A DNA stretch of 50,654 nt from Candidatus Ruthenibacterium merdipullorum (GCA_019112665.1 DXIY01000096.1:1-50654); one strand, 5' to 3'; shown: positions 8,927-19,176, counted from the first letter of the stretch. Notes: generated from the sequence alone by a model not told the origin. Program-made: numbers and translations.

Positions 8927-10164
8927 GCCTTTTCCCCTTTTTCTTCAAAATGGGCATACAGGCCCACCAGGTGTACCAGCATCTCCACCACGGCGTCCAT
9001 GGCCTCCACGGTAATGCACTCGTACGGCCCGTGGAAGTTGTGGCCGCCCGTGCCAAGGTTGGGGCACGGCAGGCCCATAAAGGAAAGGCGTGCGCCGTCT
9101 GTGCCGCCGCGGATGGCCTCGGTGTAGGGCTCGATGCCCGCAGCCCGCGCGGCTGCGCGCGCGTTTTCAATAAGGTGCATGCACGGGGCAATTTGTTCGG
9201 CCATGTTGCGGTAGCTTTCGCTGAGCTTCAGGCGGATGCGCGCTGTGGGGTGCTCGGCCTGCAGCCTGTCGCAAATCTGCTGCAAAAGCGCACAGCGGCC
9301 CGCAAACTTTTCGGCATCGTGGTCGCGCACAATGTATTCGACAGACGCCTTCTCGTCCGTGCCCGAAAGGGCCGTCACATGGAAAAAGCCCTGGTAGCCC
9401 TCTGTTTTGGCGGGCACGTCCTGCGCGGGCAGCAGGGCGTTTACCTCCATGGCAATGAGCAGGGCGTTTTCCATAACGCCCTTGGCAGAGCCCGGATGCA
9501 CCGAGACGCCCGTGATGTCAAAGCGGGCCGCCGCGGCGTTGAAGTTTTCATATTCCACGCCGCCCTCGGCGCCGCCGTCCATGGTATAGGCGTACTTTGC
9601 GCCAAATTTCTGCACGTCGAAATGGTCGGCCCCCTGGCCAATCTCTTCGTCGGGCGTAAAGGCAATGCACAGCCTGCCGTGCGGCGCGCCGGTGGCGGCC
9701 AGTGTCTCCAGCAGCGTCATAATTTCGGCAATGCCGGCCTTGTCGTCCGCCCCAAGCAGCGTGCTGCCGTCCGCTGTGATAAGCGTGCGCCCGCGCAGCG
9801 CTTTCATTTGGGGGAAATCTTTTACGCGGATGGTGCGGCCTGCTTTGGGCAGGGGCACGTCGCCGCCGTCGTAATGCTCGTGAAACACGGGCGTCACCCC
9901 CGTGCCGCTGAAGGCGGGGGCGGTGTCCATATGGGCAATGAGGCCCAGCGCGGGCGCCGCCTCGCAGCCGGGCGCGGCAGGCACCCAGCCGTACACATAG
10001 CCGTATTCATCCACATGGGCGTTTTCGGCGCCCAGCGCCGTCAGCTCTTCACACAGCGCCTTTGCCAGCACAAGCTGTTTTTCCGTAGAGGGCGAAGTGC
10101 CCGACACCTCGCTGGACTGTGTGTCATACGCCGCATAGCGGCAAAAACGTTCCACTGCACGCAT
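8923..10164 (-). CDS. pepT: Peptidase T (M20B tripeptidase)
   Basis: IAHMDT, LLGADDKAG, FTPDEEIG, IRGGTDG and HNFHG motifs; start trimmed to ATG 10164. Confidence 0.95.
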   Translation of the reverse strand: MRAVERFCRYAAYDTQSSEVSGTSPSTEKQLVLAKALCEELTALGAENAHVDEYGYVYGWVPAAPGCEAAPALGLIAHMDTAPAFSGTGVTPVFHEHYDGGDVPLPKAGRTIRVKDFPQMKALRGRTLITADGSTLLGADDKAGIAEIMTLLETLAATGAPHGRLCIAFTPDEEIGQGADHFDVQKFGAKYAYTMDGGAEGGVEYENFNAAAARFDITGVSVHPGSAKGVMENALLIAMEVNALLPAQDVPAKTEGYQGFFHVTALSGTDEKASVEYIVRDHDAEKFAGRCALLQQICDRLQAEHPTARIRLKLSESYRNMAEQIAPCMHLIENARAAARAAGIEPYTEAIRGGTDGARLSFMGLPCPNLGTGGHNFHGPYECITVEAMDAVVEMLVHLVGLYAHFEEKGEKA

Positions 10165-10408
10165 GGTTTCTCTTCCTTTCCTGCCCTGGCCCGCCCAAAT
10201 GCGGGCGCACAAGGCGGCCTTTTTTTCGATGGTAGCACGCCGCAGGCCCCGCCGTCAAGGCAAGGCCATACACCAGCCCGCACTTCCCCGCTGCCGCACA
10301 GACATTAGCCCTTTTCTTGCAGAGAGAATCATGTTATAATGTGTAAGGTTATTGGACATTTTCCGGCGTGCGCCGCTCATTTTATGATGTCAGGAGTTTT
10401 GCAAGGCC

Positions 10409-11458
10409 ATGAACACAGAATTTTTCAAAGGAAAAACGCTGCTTATCACGGGCGGCACAGGCAGTTTTGGCAACACGGTGCTCAAGCACTTTTTGCACAG
10501 CGACATCGGCGAGATTCGCATTTTTTCGCGCGATGAGAAAAAGCAGGACGACATGCGCCACGAATACCAGCAGCTGCACCCGCAGCTTGCGGGCAAGCTG
10601 CGCTTTTATATTGGTGACGTGCGCAACCCTGCCAGCGTGAAAAGCGCCGTGCGCGGGGTGGATTTCATCTTCCATGCCGCGGCCTTAAAGCAGGTGCCCA
10701 GCTGCGAGTTCTTCCCCATGGAGGCCGTGCGCACCAACATTGTGGGCACCGACAACGTGCTGACGGCAGCCATTGACGCGGGCGTAAAGAAGGTGGTGTG
10801 CCTTTCCACCGATAAGGCCGCCTACCCCATCAACGCCATGGGTATTTCAAAAGCCATGATGGAAAAGGTGATAGGCGCCAAGGCCCGCACCGTGAAGGCG
10901 GAGGACACCACCATCTGCTGCACGCGCTATGGCAACGTGATGTGCAGCCGCGGCAGCGTCATTCCCCTGTTTATTGACCAGATTAAGGCCGGCAAGCCCA
11001 TCACCATCACAGACCCGGACATGACGCGTTTTCTGATGAACCTGGACGAAGCGGTAGACCTTGTGGCCTTTGCCTTCGAGCACGCGCGCCCCGGCGACCT
11101 GTTTGTGCAGAAGAGCCCGGCCTCTACCATTGGAGACCTGGCCAAGGCCGTGCAGCAGCTGTTTGGCGACACCGGCACGCAGATTATTGGCACGCGCCAC
11201 GGCGAAAAGCTGTTTGAAACGCTGATGACGCGGGAAGAGCGCGTGCGCAGCGAGGACATGGGCGGCTATTACCGCGTGAGTGCCGACGGGCGCGATTTGA
11301 ACTATGACAAATTTGTGGTGAAGGGCCAGGTGCACACCCAGGCGGACGAGAGCTACACCAGCCACAACACCCGCAGGCTGGACGTGCAGGGCACGGTGGA
11401 GAAGATTTTGACCGCCGAATATGTGCAGCGCGAGCTGGCGAACTGGAAAAAAGCCTGA
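10409..11458 (+). CDS. fnlA: UDP-GlcNAc 4,6-dehydratase/5-epimerase (FnlA/Cap5E/WbjB)
   Basis: TGGTGSFG, FSRDEKKQDDMR, HAAALKQVPSCEFFP, STDKAAYPINAMG and TRYGNVMCSRGSV motifs. Confidence 0.92.
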   Translation: MNTEFFKGKTLLITGGTGSFGNTVLKHFLHSDIGEIRIFSRDEKKQDDMRHEYQQLHPQLAGKLRFYIGDVRNPASVKSAVRGVDFIFHAAALKQVPSCEFFPMEAVRTNIVGTDNVLTAAIDAGVKKVVCLSTDKAAYPINAMGISKAMMEKVIGAKARTVKAEDTTICCTRYGNVMCSRGSVIPLFIDQIKAGKPITITDPDMTRFLMNLDEAVDLVAFAFEHARPGDLFVQKSPASTIGDLAKAVQQLFGDTGTQIIGTRHGEKLFETLMTREERVRSEDMGGYYRVSADGRDLNYDKFVVKGQVHTQADESYTSHNTRRLDVQGTVEKILTAEYVQRELANWKKA

Positions 11459-11503
11459 GCACGCGCCCGGCGCGTAATGAAACATAAAGGAGCCTTTTGC
11501 CAT

Positions 11504-12637
11504 ATGGATAAGCACAGCGCTATCCTCATCACCGGCGCGGGCGGGTTTGTGGGAAAAAACCTGTGCGCAGCCCTGCGCTGCCGCGGGTATGACAACCTGC
11601 TTATGTTCGACCTTGACACCCCGAAAGAGGCCCTGCGCGAATATGCGCAGCAGGCCGCTTTCGTGTTTCATTTGGCGGGCGTAAACCGCCCGAAAGACCC
11701 AAGCGAATTTTACGCGGGCAACCGCGGCTTTACCGAAGAGCTTTTGCATCTTCTGGCCCAGGCGGGCAACAAGGCGCCCGTGCTGGTAACCTCCTCTGTG
11801 CAGGCAGAACTGGATAACGACTACGGCAAATCGAAACGCGAGGCAGAGCAGCTGATTTTCGCGCACGAGCGCGCCACCGGCGCCCCGGCGCTGGTGTACC
11901 GGCTGCCGGGCGTGTTTGGCAAATGGTGCCGCCCCGCCTATAACAGCGTGGTGGCCACGTTCTGCCACAACATTGCGCACGGCCTGCCCATTGAGGTGCG
12001 CGACAGGGCCTACACCCTGCCGCTTGTGTACATTGACGACGTAGTGGCCTGTTTCCTCAGCGCCATGGAGGGCCGCGCCGCGCGGGATTGTTCCATTCCC
12101 GGCTACTGCCATTTGATGTGCGAGGTGTACCAGACAAGCCTTGGGCACCTGGCGGATACCATCCGCAGCTTTGCCGAAAGCCGCGCCGCGCTGGCCGTGC
12201 CGGATATGGGCGACGCCTTTACGCGCAAGCTGTATGCCACCTACCTCTCTTACCTGCCCGAGGACGCCTTTGCCTACCCGCTTTGCACGCATGCGGACGC
12301 GCGCGGCAGCTTCACTGAATTTTTGCGCACGCCCGAGCGCGGGCAGGTTTCGGTGAACGTGGCAAAACCCGGCGTTGTAAAGGGCAACCACTGGCACCAC
12401 ACCAAAAACGAAAAATTTTTGGTGGTGAAGGGCCAGGCGGCCATCCGCTTCCGCAAACTGGGCACAAGCGAGGTGCTGGAATACCGCGTAAGCGGGGACA
12501 AGCTGGAGGTGGTGGATATTCCCACCGGCTATGTGCACAACATTGAAAATGTGGGCCAGGGCGAGCTTGTCACCATCATGTGGGCCAGCGAGCTTTTCGA
12601 CCCGCAGAACCCGGACACCTGGGCAGAGCAGGTGTAG
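11504..12637 (+). CDS. fnlB: FnlB/Cap5F/WbjC reductase-epimerase (SDR + cupin)
   Basis: TGAGGFVGKNL, HLAGVNRP, FGKWCRPAYNSVVATFC and cupin KGNHWHHTKNEKF motifs. Confidence 0.92.
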   Translation: MDKHSAILITGAGGFVGKNLCAALRCRGYDNLLMFDLDTPKEALREYAQQAAFVFHLAGVNRPKDPSEFYAGNRGFTEELLHLLAQAGNKAPVLVTSSVQAELDNDYGKSKREAEQLIFAHERATGAPALVYRLPGVFGKWCRPAYNSVVATFCHNIAHGLPIEVRDRAYTLPLVYIDDVVACFLSAMEGRAARDCSIPGYCHLMCEVYQTSLGHLADTIRSFAESRAALAVPDMGDAFTRKLYATYLSYLPEDAFAYPLCTHADARGSFTEFLRTPERGQVSVNVAKPGVVKGNHWHHTKNEKFLVVKGQAAIRFRKLGTSEVLEYRVSGDKLEVVDIPTGYVHNIENVGQGELVTIMWASELFDPQNPDTWAEQV

Positions 12638-12707
12638 AGCAGGTGTAAAGCAACTCTCACTTTTTATATTCTGATAAAATACACTTTTTTGCAATAAAGG
12701 GGCAGCC

Positions 12708-13847
12708 ATGAGCAAGCTGAAATTGATGACCATTGTGGGCACAAGGCCGGAGATTATCCGCCTTTCGGCCGTGATTAAAAAGTGCGACGTATACTTTGAC
12801 CAGCTTCTGGTGCACACGGGCCAGAACTACGATTACACGCTGAACCAGATTTTTTTTGAAGACCTTGGCCTGCGCGCGCCGGATTATTACCTGAATGCCG
12901 TGGGCGCCGACCTTGGCGAGACCATTGGCAACATCATTGCCAAAAGCTATGCCCTGATGGTGCAGGAAAAGCCGGACGCGCTGCTGATTTTGGGCGACAC
13001 CAACAGCTGCCTTTCGGCCATCAGCGCAAAGCGCCTGCACATCCCCATCTTTCATATGGAGGCGGGCAACCGCTGTTTTGACGAATGCCTGCCGGAAGAG
13101 ACGAACCGCCGCATTGTAGACCACATTGCGGATGTGAACCTGTGCTATTCCGAGCACGCGCGCCGCTATTTGAACGCCGAGGGCACCGCCAAAGAGCGCA
13201 CCTATGTCACCGGCAGCCCCATGGCCGAGGTGCTGCGCGCGAACCTTGCGCAGATCAAAGCCAGCGATGTGCTGGCAAGGCTGGGGCTGGAAAAGGGCAG
13301 GTATCTTCTGCTTTCGGCCCACCGGGAAGAGAACATCGACACGGAAAAGAATTTCACCGACCTGTTCACCTCCATCAACCATTTGGCCGAAATGTACGAT
13401 ATGCCCATTTTGTATTCGTGCCACCCGCGCAGCCGTAAATTTCTGCAGCAGCGCGGCTTTGTGCTGGATAAGCGCGTGCGCCTGCACGAGCCGCTGGGCT
13501 TTCACGATTACAACCACCTGCAGATGAACGCCTTCTGCGTGGTGAGCGATTCCGGCACGCTGCCGGAAGAGGCCAGCTTTTTCACCAGCGTGGGGCACCC
13601 CTTCCCCGCGGTGTGCATCCGCACCTCTACCGAGCGCCCCGAGGCGCTGGACAAGGGCTGCTTCATTCTGGCCGGCATCAGCCAGGGCGGCGTGGAACAG
13701 GCCGTGCAGACGGCCGTGGCCATGAATGCAAACGGCGATGTGGGCATTCCGGTGCCCTGCTATGCCGAGGATGTATCCACCAAAGTGGTGAAGATCATTC
13801 AAAGCTATGTGGGCGTTGTAAACAAAATGGTGTGGCGCAAGGCCTGA
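12708..13847 (+). CDS. fnlC: UDP-N-acetylhexosamine 2-epimerase (FnlC/Cap5G/WbjD)
   Basis: GTRPEIIRLS, HTGQNYD, HMEAGNRCFD..LPEE.NR and SDSGT.PEE motifs; follows fnlAB. Confidence 0.9.
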   Translation: MSKLKLMTIVGTRPEIIRLSAVIKKCDVYFDQLLVHTGQNYDYTLNQIFFEDLGLRAPDYYLNAVGADLGETIGNIIAKSYALMVQEKPDALLILGDTNSCLSAISAKRLHIPIFHMEAGNRCFDECLPEETNRRIVDHIADVNLCYSEHARRYLNAEGTAKERTYVTGSPMAEVLRANLAQIKASDVLARLGLEKGRYLLLSAHREENIDTEKNFTDLFTSINHLAEMYDMPILYSCHPRSRKFLQQRGFVLDKRVRLHEPLGFHDYNHLQMNAFCVVSDSGTLPEEASFFTSVGHPFPAVCIRTSTERPEALDKGCFILAGISQGGVEQAVQTAVAMNANGDVGIPVPCYAEDVSTKVVKIIQSYVGVVNKMVWRKA

Positions 13848-13954
13848 GCGCGCCATGCGAAAAACGGCGGCCCGGCAGGGCCCGCCAGGCGCAGCGCCCG
13901 CGCCGCCCCCGCCTGCCGCGCGGCGGCAGAGCACACAGCGAGGTGACGCAGAAG

Positions 13955-15193
13955 ATGGAACAGCAGCATAGGCGTATCCTTGTTGTGAGCCAGCATTACT
14001 GGCCGGAGAATTTCCGCATCACGGATATCTGCCGGGGCTTTGTGGAAAGCGGCGTGGAAGTGGACGTTTTATGCGGCCTGCCGAACTACCCGAAGGGCGA
14101 GTGGTTCGAGGGCTACCGCTATATGGGCCCGCGGCGCCAGCAGCACGAAGGCGTGCAGATATTTCGCGCGGGCGAAGTGCCGCGGCGCGGCAACACGGCC
14201 GCGCGCATTTTTTTGAACTATGTCTCCTGGCCGCTGTGCGCGCTGTTCAGCCTGTCAAGGCTGCACGGGCGGCACTATGACGCCGTGTTCTGTTACGAGA
14301 CAAGCCCTGTGCTGATGATGGTGCCCGCCATTGTATATGCAAAGCTGCACCGCGTGCCGCTTTGCACCTATGTGCTGGACCTGTGGCCCGAAAACCTCTA
14401 TTCGGTGCTGCCGGTAAAAAACCGCGCGCTGCGCGCTGTGGCGGCGGGCGTCTCGCATTGGCTGTACCGCCGCAGCGATGCCCTTTTGGGCATGAGCGAT
14501 GCGCTGGGCGAAAAGCTGCACGCCATTGCGCCGCGGCGCACGGTGGCGGTGGTGCCGCAGTATTGCGAAGACCTTTACGCCCGGGATGTGCACGACGAGG
14601 CGCTGGCGGCGCGCTTTGCCGGGCGCTTTTGCGTAGTGTTTGCGGGCAACATCAGCCCCGCGCAGGACCTTGGCCTGCTTGTCGCGTGCGCCAAGCGCCT
14701 TGCCGCACAGGGCCGCAGGGATATCCACTTCTGCATCGTGGGCGATGGCATGAGCCGGGCGCAGCTGGAAGCGGACATTGACAGCGCCGGTGTGCGGGAA
14801 TATTTCACCTTCGAGGGCATGCAGCCGGTAGAGCGCATCCCCGCCTACCACACCATGGCCGGCGCATTGTTTGCGGCGCTGGCCAAAAGCGACGATTTGG
14901 GCCTGACGGTGCCCGCAAAAATAACCAGCTATATGGCCGCGGGCCGGCCCGTGCTGGTGGCGGCAGACGGCGAGGCGGCGCGCGCCGTGCAAAGCGCAGG
15001 CTGCGGGCTTGCGTGCGCGGCGGGTGACGAAGAGGCGCTGTGCCGGAACCTTGTGCGCCTGGCGGATATGCCCGCCGAAGCGCGCGCCGCGCTGGGCAAA
15101 GCCGGGCGCAGCTATTTCCGGGCACACTACCGCCGCAGCCTGCTTTTGCAGCGGCTGCTGGCATGCATCCTTGGCGGTGAAAACGCCGAATGA
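13955..15193 (+). CDS. GT4 glycosyltransferase, WbuB/Cap5L-like (putative L-FucNAc transferase)
   Basis: SQHYWPENF, GLPNYP, DLWPE, FAGNI and PAKITSYMAAGRP motifs; directly follows fnlABC. Confidence 0.85.
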   Translation: MEQQHRRILVVSQHYWPENFRITDICRGFVESGVEVDVLCGLPNYPKGEWFEGYRYMGPRRQQHEGVQIFRAGEVPRRGNTAARIFLNYVSWPLCALFSLSRLHGRHYDAVFCYETSPVLMMVPAIVYAKLHRVPLCTYVLDLWPENLYSVLPVKNRALRAVAAGVSHWLYRRSDALLGMSDALGEKLHAIAPRRTVAVVPQYCEDLYARDVHDEALAARFAGRFCVVFAGNISPAQDLGLLVACAKRLAAQGRRDIHFCIVGDGMSRAQLEADIDSAGVREYFTFEGMQPVERIPAYHTMAGALFAALAKSDDLGLTVPAKITSYMAAGRPVLVAADGEAARAVQSAGCGLACAAGDEEALCRNLVRLADMPAEARAALGKAGRSYFRAHYRRSLLLQRLLACILGGENAE

Positions 15194-15205
15194 CGGGGTG
15201 AGGTT

Positions 15206-15937
15206 TTGAAAATACTGGTGATCATTCCCTGCTACAACGAGGCAGAAAATATTGCGCGCGTGGTGAAAAACCTGCAGGCGTCCGTGGCCGGGCAGGCTTT
15301 GCCCGGCCAGGTGGATTACCTTGTGGTGAACGACTGTTCCACCGACGGCAGCGCCGCAATTTGCGCGCGGGAGGGGTTTTCCTACATTTCCCTGCCGGTA
15401 AACCTTGGCATTGGCGGCGGCGTGCAAAGCGGGTATTTGTACGCCGCGCAGAACGGCTATGACATTGCCGTGCAGATGGACGGCGACGGCCAGCACGACC
15501 CCGCCTACCTTGCCAGCGTGGTGGGCCCTGTGGCGCGGGGCGAAGTGGACATGTGCGTGGGCAGCCGCTTTATTACCAAAGAGGGTTTTCAGACAAGTGC
15601 CATGCGGCGCGCGGGCATCCGGCTGCTCAGCGGGCTCATCCGCCTTTTGTGCGGCGTGCGCGTGCTGGATGTGACAAGCGGGTTTCGCGCCACCGGCCGG
15701 CGCCTGACGGAATTTTTTGCGCACCATTATGCGCAGGATTACCCCGAGCCCGAGGCCATTATCTCGGCCGTGCTGAACGGGTTTCGCGTGGGCGAGGCGC
15801 CCGTGGTAATGGCCGAGCGCATGGGCGGCACGTCCTCTATCAGCCCGCTGCGCTCTGTATATTATATGGTAAAGGTAAGCATTGCCCTTGTGGTATACCG
15901 GCTTACGCGCCCGCGCCGGAAAGGAGGCCGCGCATGA
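15206..15937 (+). CDS. GT2 polyprenyl-phosphate glycosyltransferase (DPM1/GacI-like)
   Basis: IPCYNE, VNDCSTD, NLGIGG, MDGDGQH, GSRF and DVTSGFR motifs; TTG start. Confidence 0.88.
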   Translation: MKILVIIPCYNEAENIARVVKNLQASVAGQALPGQVDYLVVNDCSTDGSAAICAREGFSYISLPVNLGIGGGVQSGYLYAAQNGYDIAVQMDGDGQHDPAYLASVVGPVARGEVDMCVGSRFITKEGFQTSAMRRAGIRLLSGLIRLLCGVRVLDVTSGFRATGRRLTEFFAHHYAQDYPEPEAIISAVLNGFRVGEAPVVMAERMGGTSSISPLRSVYYMVKVSIALVVYRLTRPRRKGGRA

Positions 15938-16335
15938 ACGTACCCAATATCGACCTTACCCTGCGGCTGGATTTGTTTCTTGGCGCTGCGGTGTTTCTGG
16001 CGGCCATTCTGTGGCTTTTGAAAAAGGGGCGGCTGACGGTGCGCTATTCCATCATCTGGCTGATGGCGGGCGGCGCGCTGCTTCTGTTCGCCGCGTTCCC
16101 CTACATTGTGCTGGTGCTGCGCGATTGGCTGAACATGGAAATGCCGGTGAACGTGGTTTTTACCCTGGTGCTTGCCTTTGTGCTTTTGCTGCTGCTCAGC
16201 CTTTCTACCATTGTGTCCGGCTTTGCGGAAAAGCTGAAGCGCCTTGCGCAGGAAAACGCCCTGCTGGAAAAGCGCGTGCGCGAGCTGGAACAGGCCCTTG
16301 CACAGCGCAAAGACGGGCCGGACGAGACAAAATAA
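15934..16335 (+). CDS. DUF2304 small membrane protein (GacJ-like)
   Basis: Three hydrophobic segments, YSIIW and C-terminal KLKRLAQENALLE; ATGA overlap with the GT2 gene. Confidence 0.8.
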   Translation: MNVPNIDLTLRLDLFLGAAVFLAAILWLLKKGRLTVRYSIIWLMAGGALLLFAAFPYIVLVLRDWLNMEMPVNVVFTLVLAFVLLLLLSLSTIVSGFAEKLKRLAQENALLEKRVRELEQALAQRKDGPDETK

Positions 16336-16410
16336 CACCGCCCTGCGGGCGGTTTTAAACACAGCGCGGTTGCGGCGCGCAAACCTTGTGTGGGGCGGAG
16401 TGAAGCTGCG

Positions 16411-17883
16411 ATGAATTTCATCACCCTTGCATTCTTCATTTTTCTGGCGGTTGCGGCACTGGTGTATTATATTCTTCCGCGCATTGCGCGGGCGGCATGG
16501 CTGTTGTGCTGCAGCTATGTGTTTTACCTATACGACCCGGCCAACGCCGGTTATCTTGTGTTGCTTTGTGCGGCCACGCTGGTCACCTGGGGGGCGGGCC
16601 TTGTGCTGGAGCGCGTGCAGCGCCCCGCCGCGCGCAAGGCCGTGTTGGCCGTGTGTGTGGCCGTGTGCATCGGCAGCCTTGGCTTTTACAAATATGCCGG
16701 CATGGTAACACAGTGGCTGAACGGGCTGTGGGGCCTGTTTGGGCAAAAGGACGCCTTCACAGCGCCAAGCTTTGCCGTGCCGCTGGGCATCAGCTATTTT
16801 TCCTTTATGGCGCTGGGCTATGCCATTGATGTATACCGCGGCAAGCCTGCCGAGCACAATGTGGTGCACTATGCGCTGTTTGTCAGCTTTTTTCCGTGCA
16901 TCGTCACCGGCCCTATCGAGCGCGGCGAGCATATTCTGCCGCAGCTTGCCTCGCCTGCGCCATTTGAATACGGGCGCTTTTGCGGCGGCATGTTCCGCAT
17001 TTTGTGGGGCCTGTTCAAAAAGCTGGTGGTGGCAGACAACATTGGCGTCATTGTGGCCTCTGTATACGGCAGCGTAACGCAAGAGGCCTACACGGGCCCG
17101 GTGTTTCTTTTGGCCAGCGTGCTGTTTGCCTATCAGCTATATTGTGATTTTTCCGCCTGCACAGACATTGCCATTGGCGCGGGCGAAATGTTCGGCATTC
17201 GCCTGATGGAAAATTTCCACCGCCCGCTGGCTGCGCACAGCTTCACCGATTTGTGGCGGCGCTGGCACATCAGCCTTACCAACTGGTTCCGCGATTATCT
17301 GTATATCCCCCTGGGCGGCAACCGCAAGGGCAAGTTCCGCCAGTATTTGAACCAGATCATTGTGTTTCTCACAAGCGGCCTGTGGCACGGCGCCAGCCTC
17401 ACCTTTGTGGTGTGGGGCCTTTTGAACGGCATTTACATGTGCATTGGCAAGGCCACGGCGCCCTGGCGCAGAAAAATGGAAAAGTATAACCCGCTTTACT
17501 GCACAAGGCCCACGCGCGCCTTTTTCAAAGTGGTGTGCACCTATTTGCTGTTCACAAGCTGCATCGTGTTCTTCCGTGCGGCCAGCTTTGAGGACGCCGC
17601 CTGGGTGTACAGCCATCTGTTCACCGGCTGGGGCGCCATGTTCACCGATTTTGAAGCCTTCCGCGAGGTGCTGGTGACCATTGGCTTCGATTTAAAGATG
17701 ACGCTGACGCTGCTGGTGGGCCTTGCCTTCACCGAGGGGCTGGAGGCCTTTGGCGTGCCCATGCATGAATTTATCCGCCGCTACCCGCTGGTGCTGCGCT
17801 GGCTTTTGTATTATGCGCTGGCCGGCATGATTTTGTTCTGCGGGGCGTTTGGCAAATCGGCGTTCATTTACCAGAACTTCTGA
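16411..17883 (+). CDS. MBOAT family O-acyltransferase (AlgI/PatA/DltB-like)
   Basis: PLGISYFSF, FFPCIVTGPIER, YCDFS, ENF, WRRWHISL.WFRDYLYIPLGGNR, GLWHG and FIYQNF motifs. Confidence 0.93.
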   Translation: MNFITLAFFIFLAVAALVYYILPRIARAAWLLCCSYVFYLYDPANAGYLVLLCAATLVTWGAGLVLERVQRPAARKAVLAVCVAVCIGSLGFYKYAGMVTQWLNGLWGLFGQKDAFTAPSFAVPLGISYFSFMALGYAIDVYRGKPAEHNVVHYALFVSFFPCIVTGPIERGEHILPQLASPAPFEYGRFCGGMFRILWGLFKKLVVADNIGVIVASVYGSVTQEAYTGPVFLLASVLFAYQLYCDFSACTDIAIGAGEMFGIRLMENFHRPLAAHSFTDLWRRWHISLTNWFRDYLYIPLGGNRKGKFRQYLNQIIVFLTSGLWHGASLTFVVWGLLNGIYMCIGKATAPWRRKMEKYNPLYCTRPTRAFFKVVCTYLLFTSCIVFFRAASFEDAAWVYSHLFTGWGAMFTDFEAFREVLVTIGFDLKMTLTLLVGLAFTEGLEAFGVPMHEFIRRYPLVLRWLLYYALAGMILFCGAFGKSAFIYQNF

Positions 17884-17899
17884 AAAGGGGGCGCGGCAG

Positions 17900-19132
17900 A
17901 TGGAAAAGAAAACGCAGGGGCAACGCCGCACGCTGCCCAAGCCGGTGAAAAAACTGTTCTGGGCCGGGCGCCTTGCCCTTGGCGCGGCCGCTTTTGTGCC
18001 CATTTTTCTGTTTATGGTGCTGTTCAACTTCAAGGTGGACTGCCAGGGCTATTTCCAGGGCGACCAGGAGCTGCGCGATGTGGTAGAGCTGATGCTGAGC
18101 GGCCATGACGTGGTGGGCGCCGAGCGGCTGAACAACAGCCAGCGCAAAATCATCAAAACCTTTGTGCACAATATGGAAGACGTGCCCGCCACCATCGCCC
18201 TGGGCTCCAGCCGGGTGATGATGATTTCCAGCGAGATGCTGAAGACAGACAGCTTTTACAACTGTGCCATCACGGGCGCAGACATGTACGACCTGATGGG
18301 CACCTATTATTTGTTTGAACAGCGCGGCGCCGTGCCGCAGAACATCATCATCGGGGTAGACCCGTGGGTGTTTGGCGGCGAGGACGCGGTGGACCCGCGA
18401 AGCGACAAAGCCCTGTATGCCGAGTTTCTTCTGCGCGACCTTGGCATTGAGACAGATTTTGAAACCGAAGACCCCACCATGAAGTGGGAGGCATTGTACT
18501 CCCCCAGCTATTTTCAGGGCAACCTCACCTATTTTCTGTCTGCCCGCGGCGAGGTGGTGCAGCCCCAGGCCGTAGAGGGCGACGTGATGAACCAGGACAC
18601 CGAGGTGATGCGCTCGGACGGCAGCATTGTGTACAGCCGCTCGTTCCGCACGCAGCCGCAGGAGGCCGTTGACGCCGCCGCGCTGGGGCAGACAAGCAAT
18701 TTCTTCCGGGTGGAATATTATGAAGAGCCCGAGGAAGAGCGCATTGAGCTGTTCACCAAATTTGTGCAGTATCTGCAGGGCAAGGGCATCCGCGTGGTAC
18801 TCCTTCTTTCGCCCTATCACCCCATCGCCTATGACAACGCCATGGAAAACGCCGAGCACTACAGCGGCTTTGTGGCCACAGAGCCGCTGATTCGCCGCAT
18901 TGCCAAGCAGCTGGACGTGCCGGTGTACGGCAGCTATAACCCCTATGCCATGGGCCTGACGAACGCAGATTTCTATGACGGCATCCATGTGCGCAGCGAG
19001 GCGCTTTCCACCTTCCTTCCCCCGCTGGAGGATATTTTGTATAATTTGGAGAACGGCGTGGATGTCTCGGTAAACTACCGCCAAAAAGCCCCGCAGGAAG
19101 AGGACACGCCCAAAGACGCACAGCTGACATAA
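17900..19132 (+). CDS. Membrane-anchored SGNH-like protein (AlgJ/PatB/DltD-type partner of the MBOAT)
   Basis: N-terminal TM helix, LGSSR block I, late DGIH (DxxH) motif; follows the MBOAT gene. Confidence 0.65.
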   Translation: MEKKTQGQRRTLPKPVKKLFWAGRLALGAAAFVPIFLFMVLFNFKVDCQGYFQGDQELRDVVELMLSGHDVVGAERLNNSQRKIIKTFVHNMEDVPATIALGSSRVMMISSEMLKTDSFYNCAITGADMYDLMGTYYLFEQRGAVPQNIIIGVDPWVFGGEDAVDPRSDKALYAEFLLRDLGIETDFETEDPTMKWEALYSPSYFQGNLTYFLSARGEVVQPQAVEGDVMNQDTEVMRSDGSIVYSRSFRTQPQEAVDAAALGQTSNFFRVEYYEEPEEERIELFTKFVQYLQGKGIRVVLLLSPYHPIAYDNAMENAEHYSGFVATEPLIRRIAKQLDVPVYGSYNPYAMGLTNADFYDGIHVRSEALSTFLPPLEDILYNLENGVDVSVNYRQKAPQEEDTPKDAQLT

Positions 19133-19138
19133 CACACA

Positions 19139-19176
19139 AAATGAAACGGCCCGGTTTTTACCGGGCCGTTTCATTT
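19139..19176. terminator. Bidirectional terminator
   Basis: AAATGAAACGGCCCGG...CCGGGCCGTTTCATTT perfect stem between convergent genes. Confidence 0.85.
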
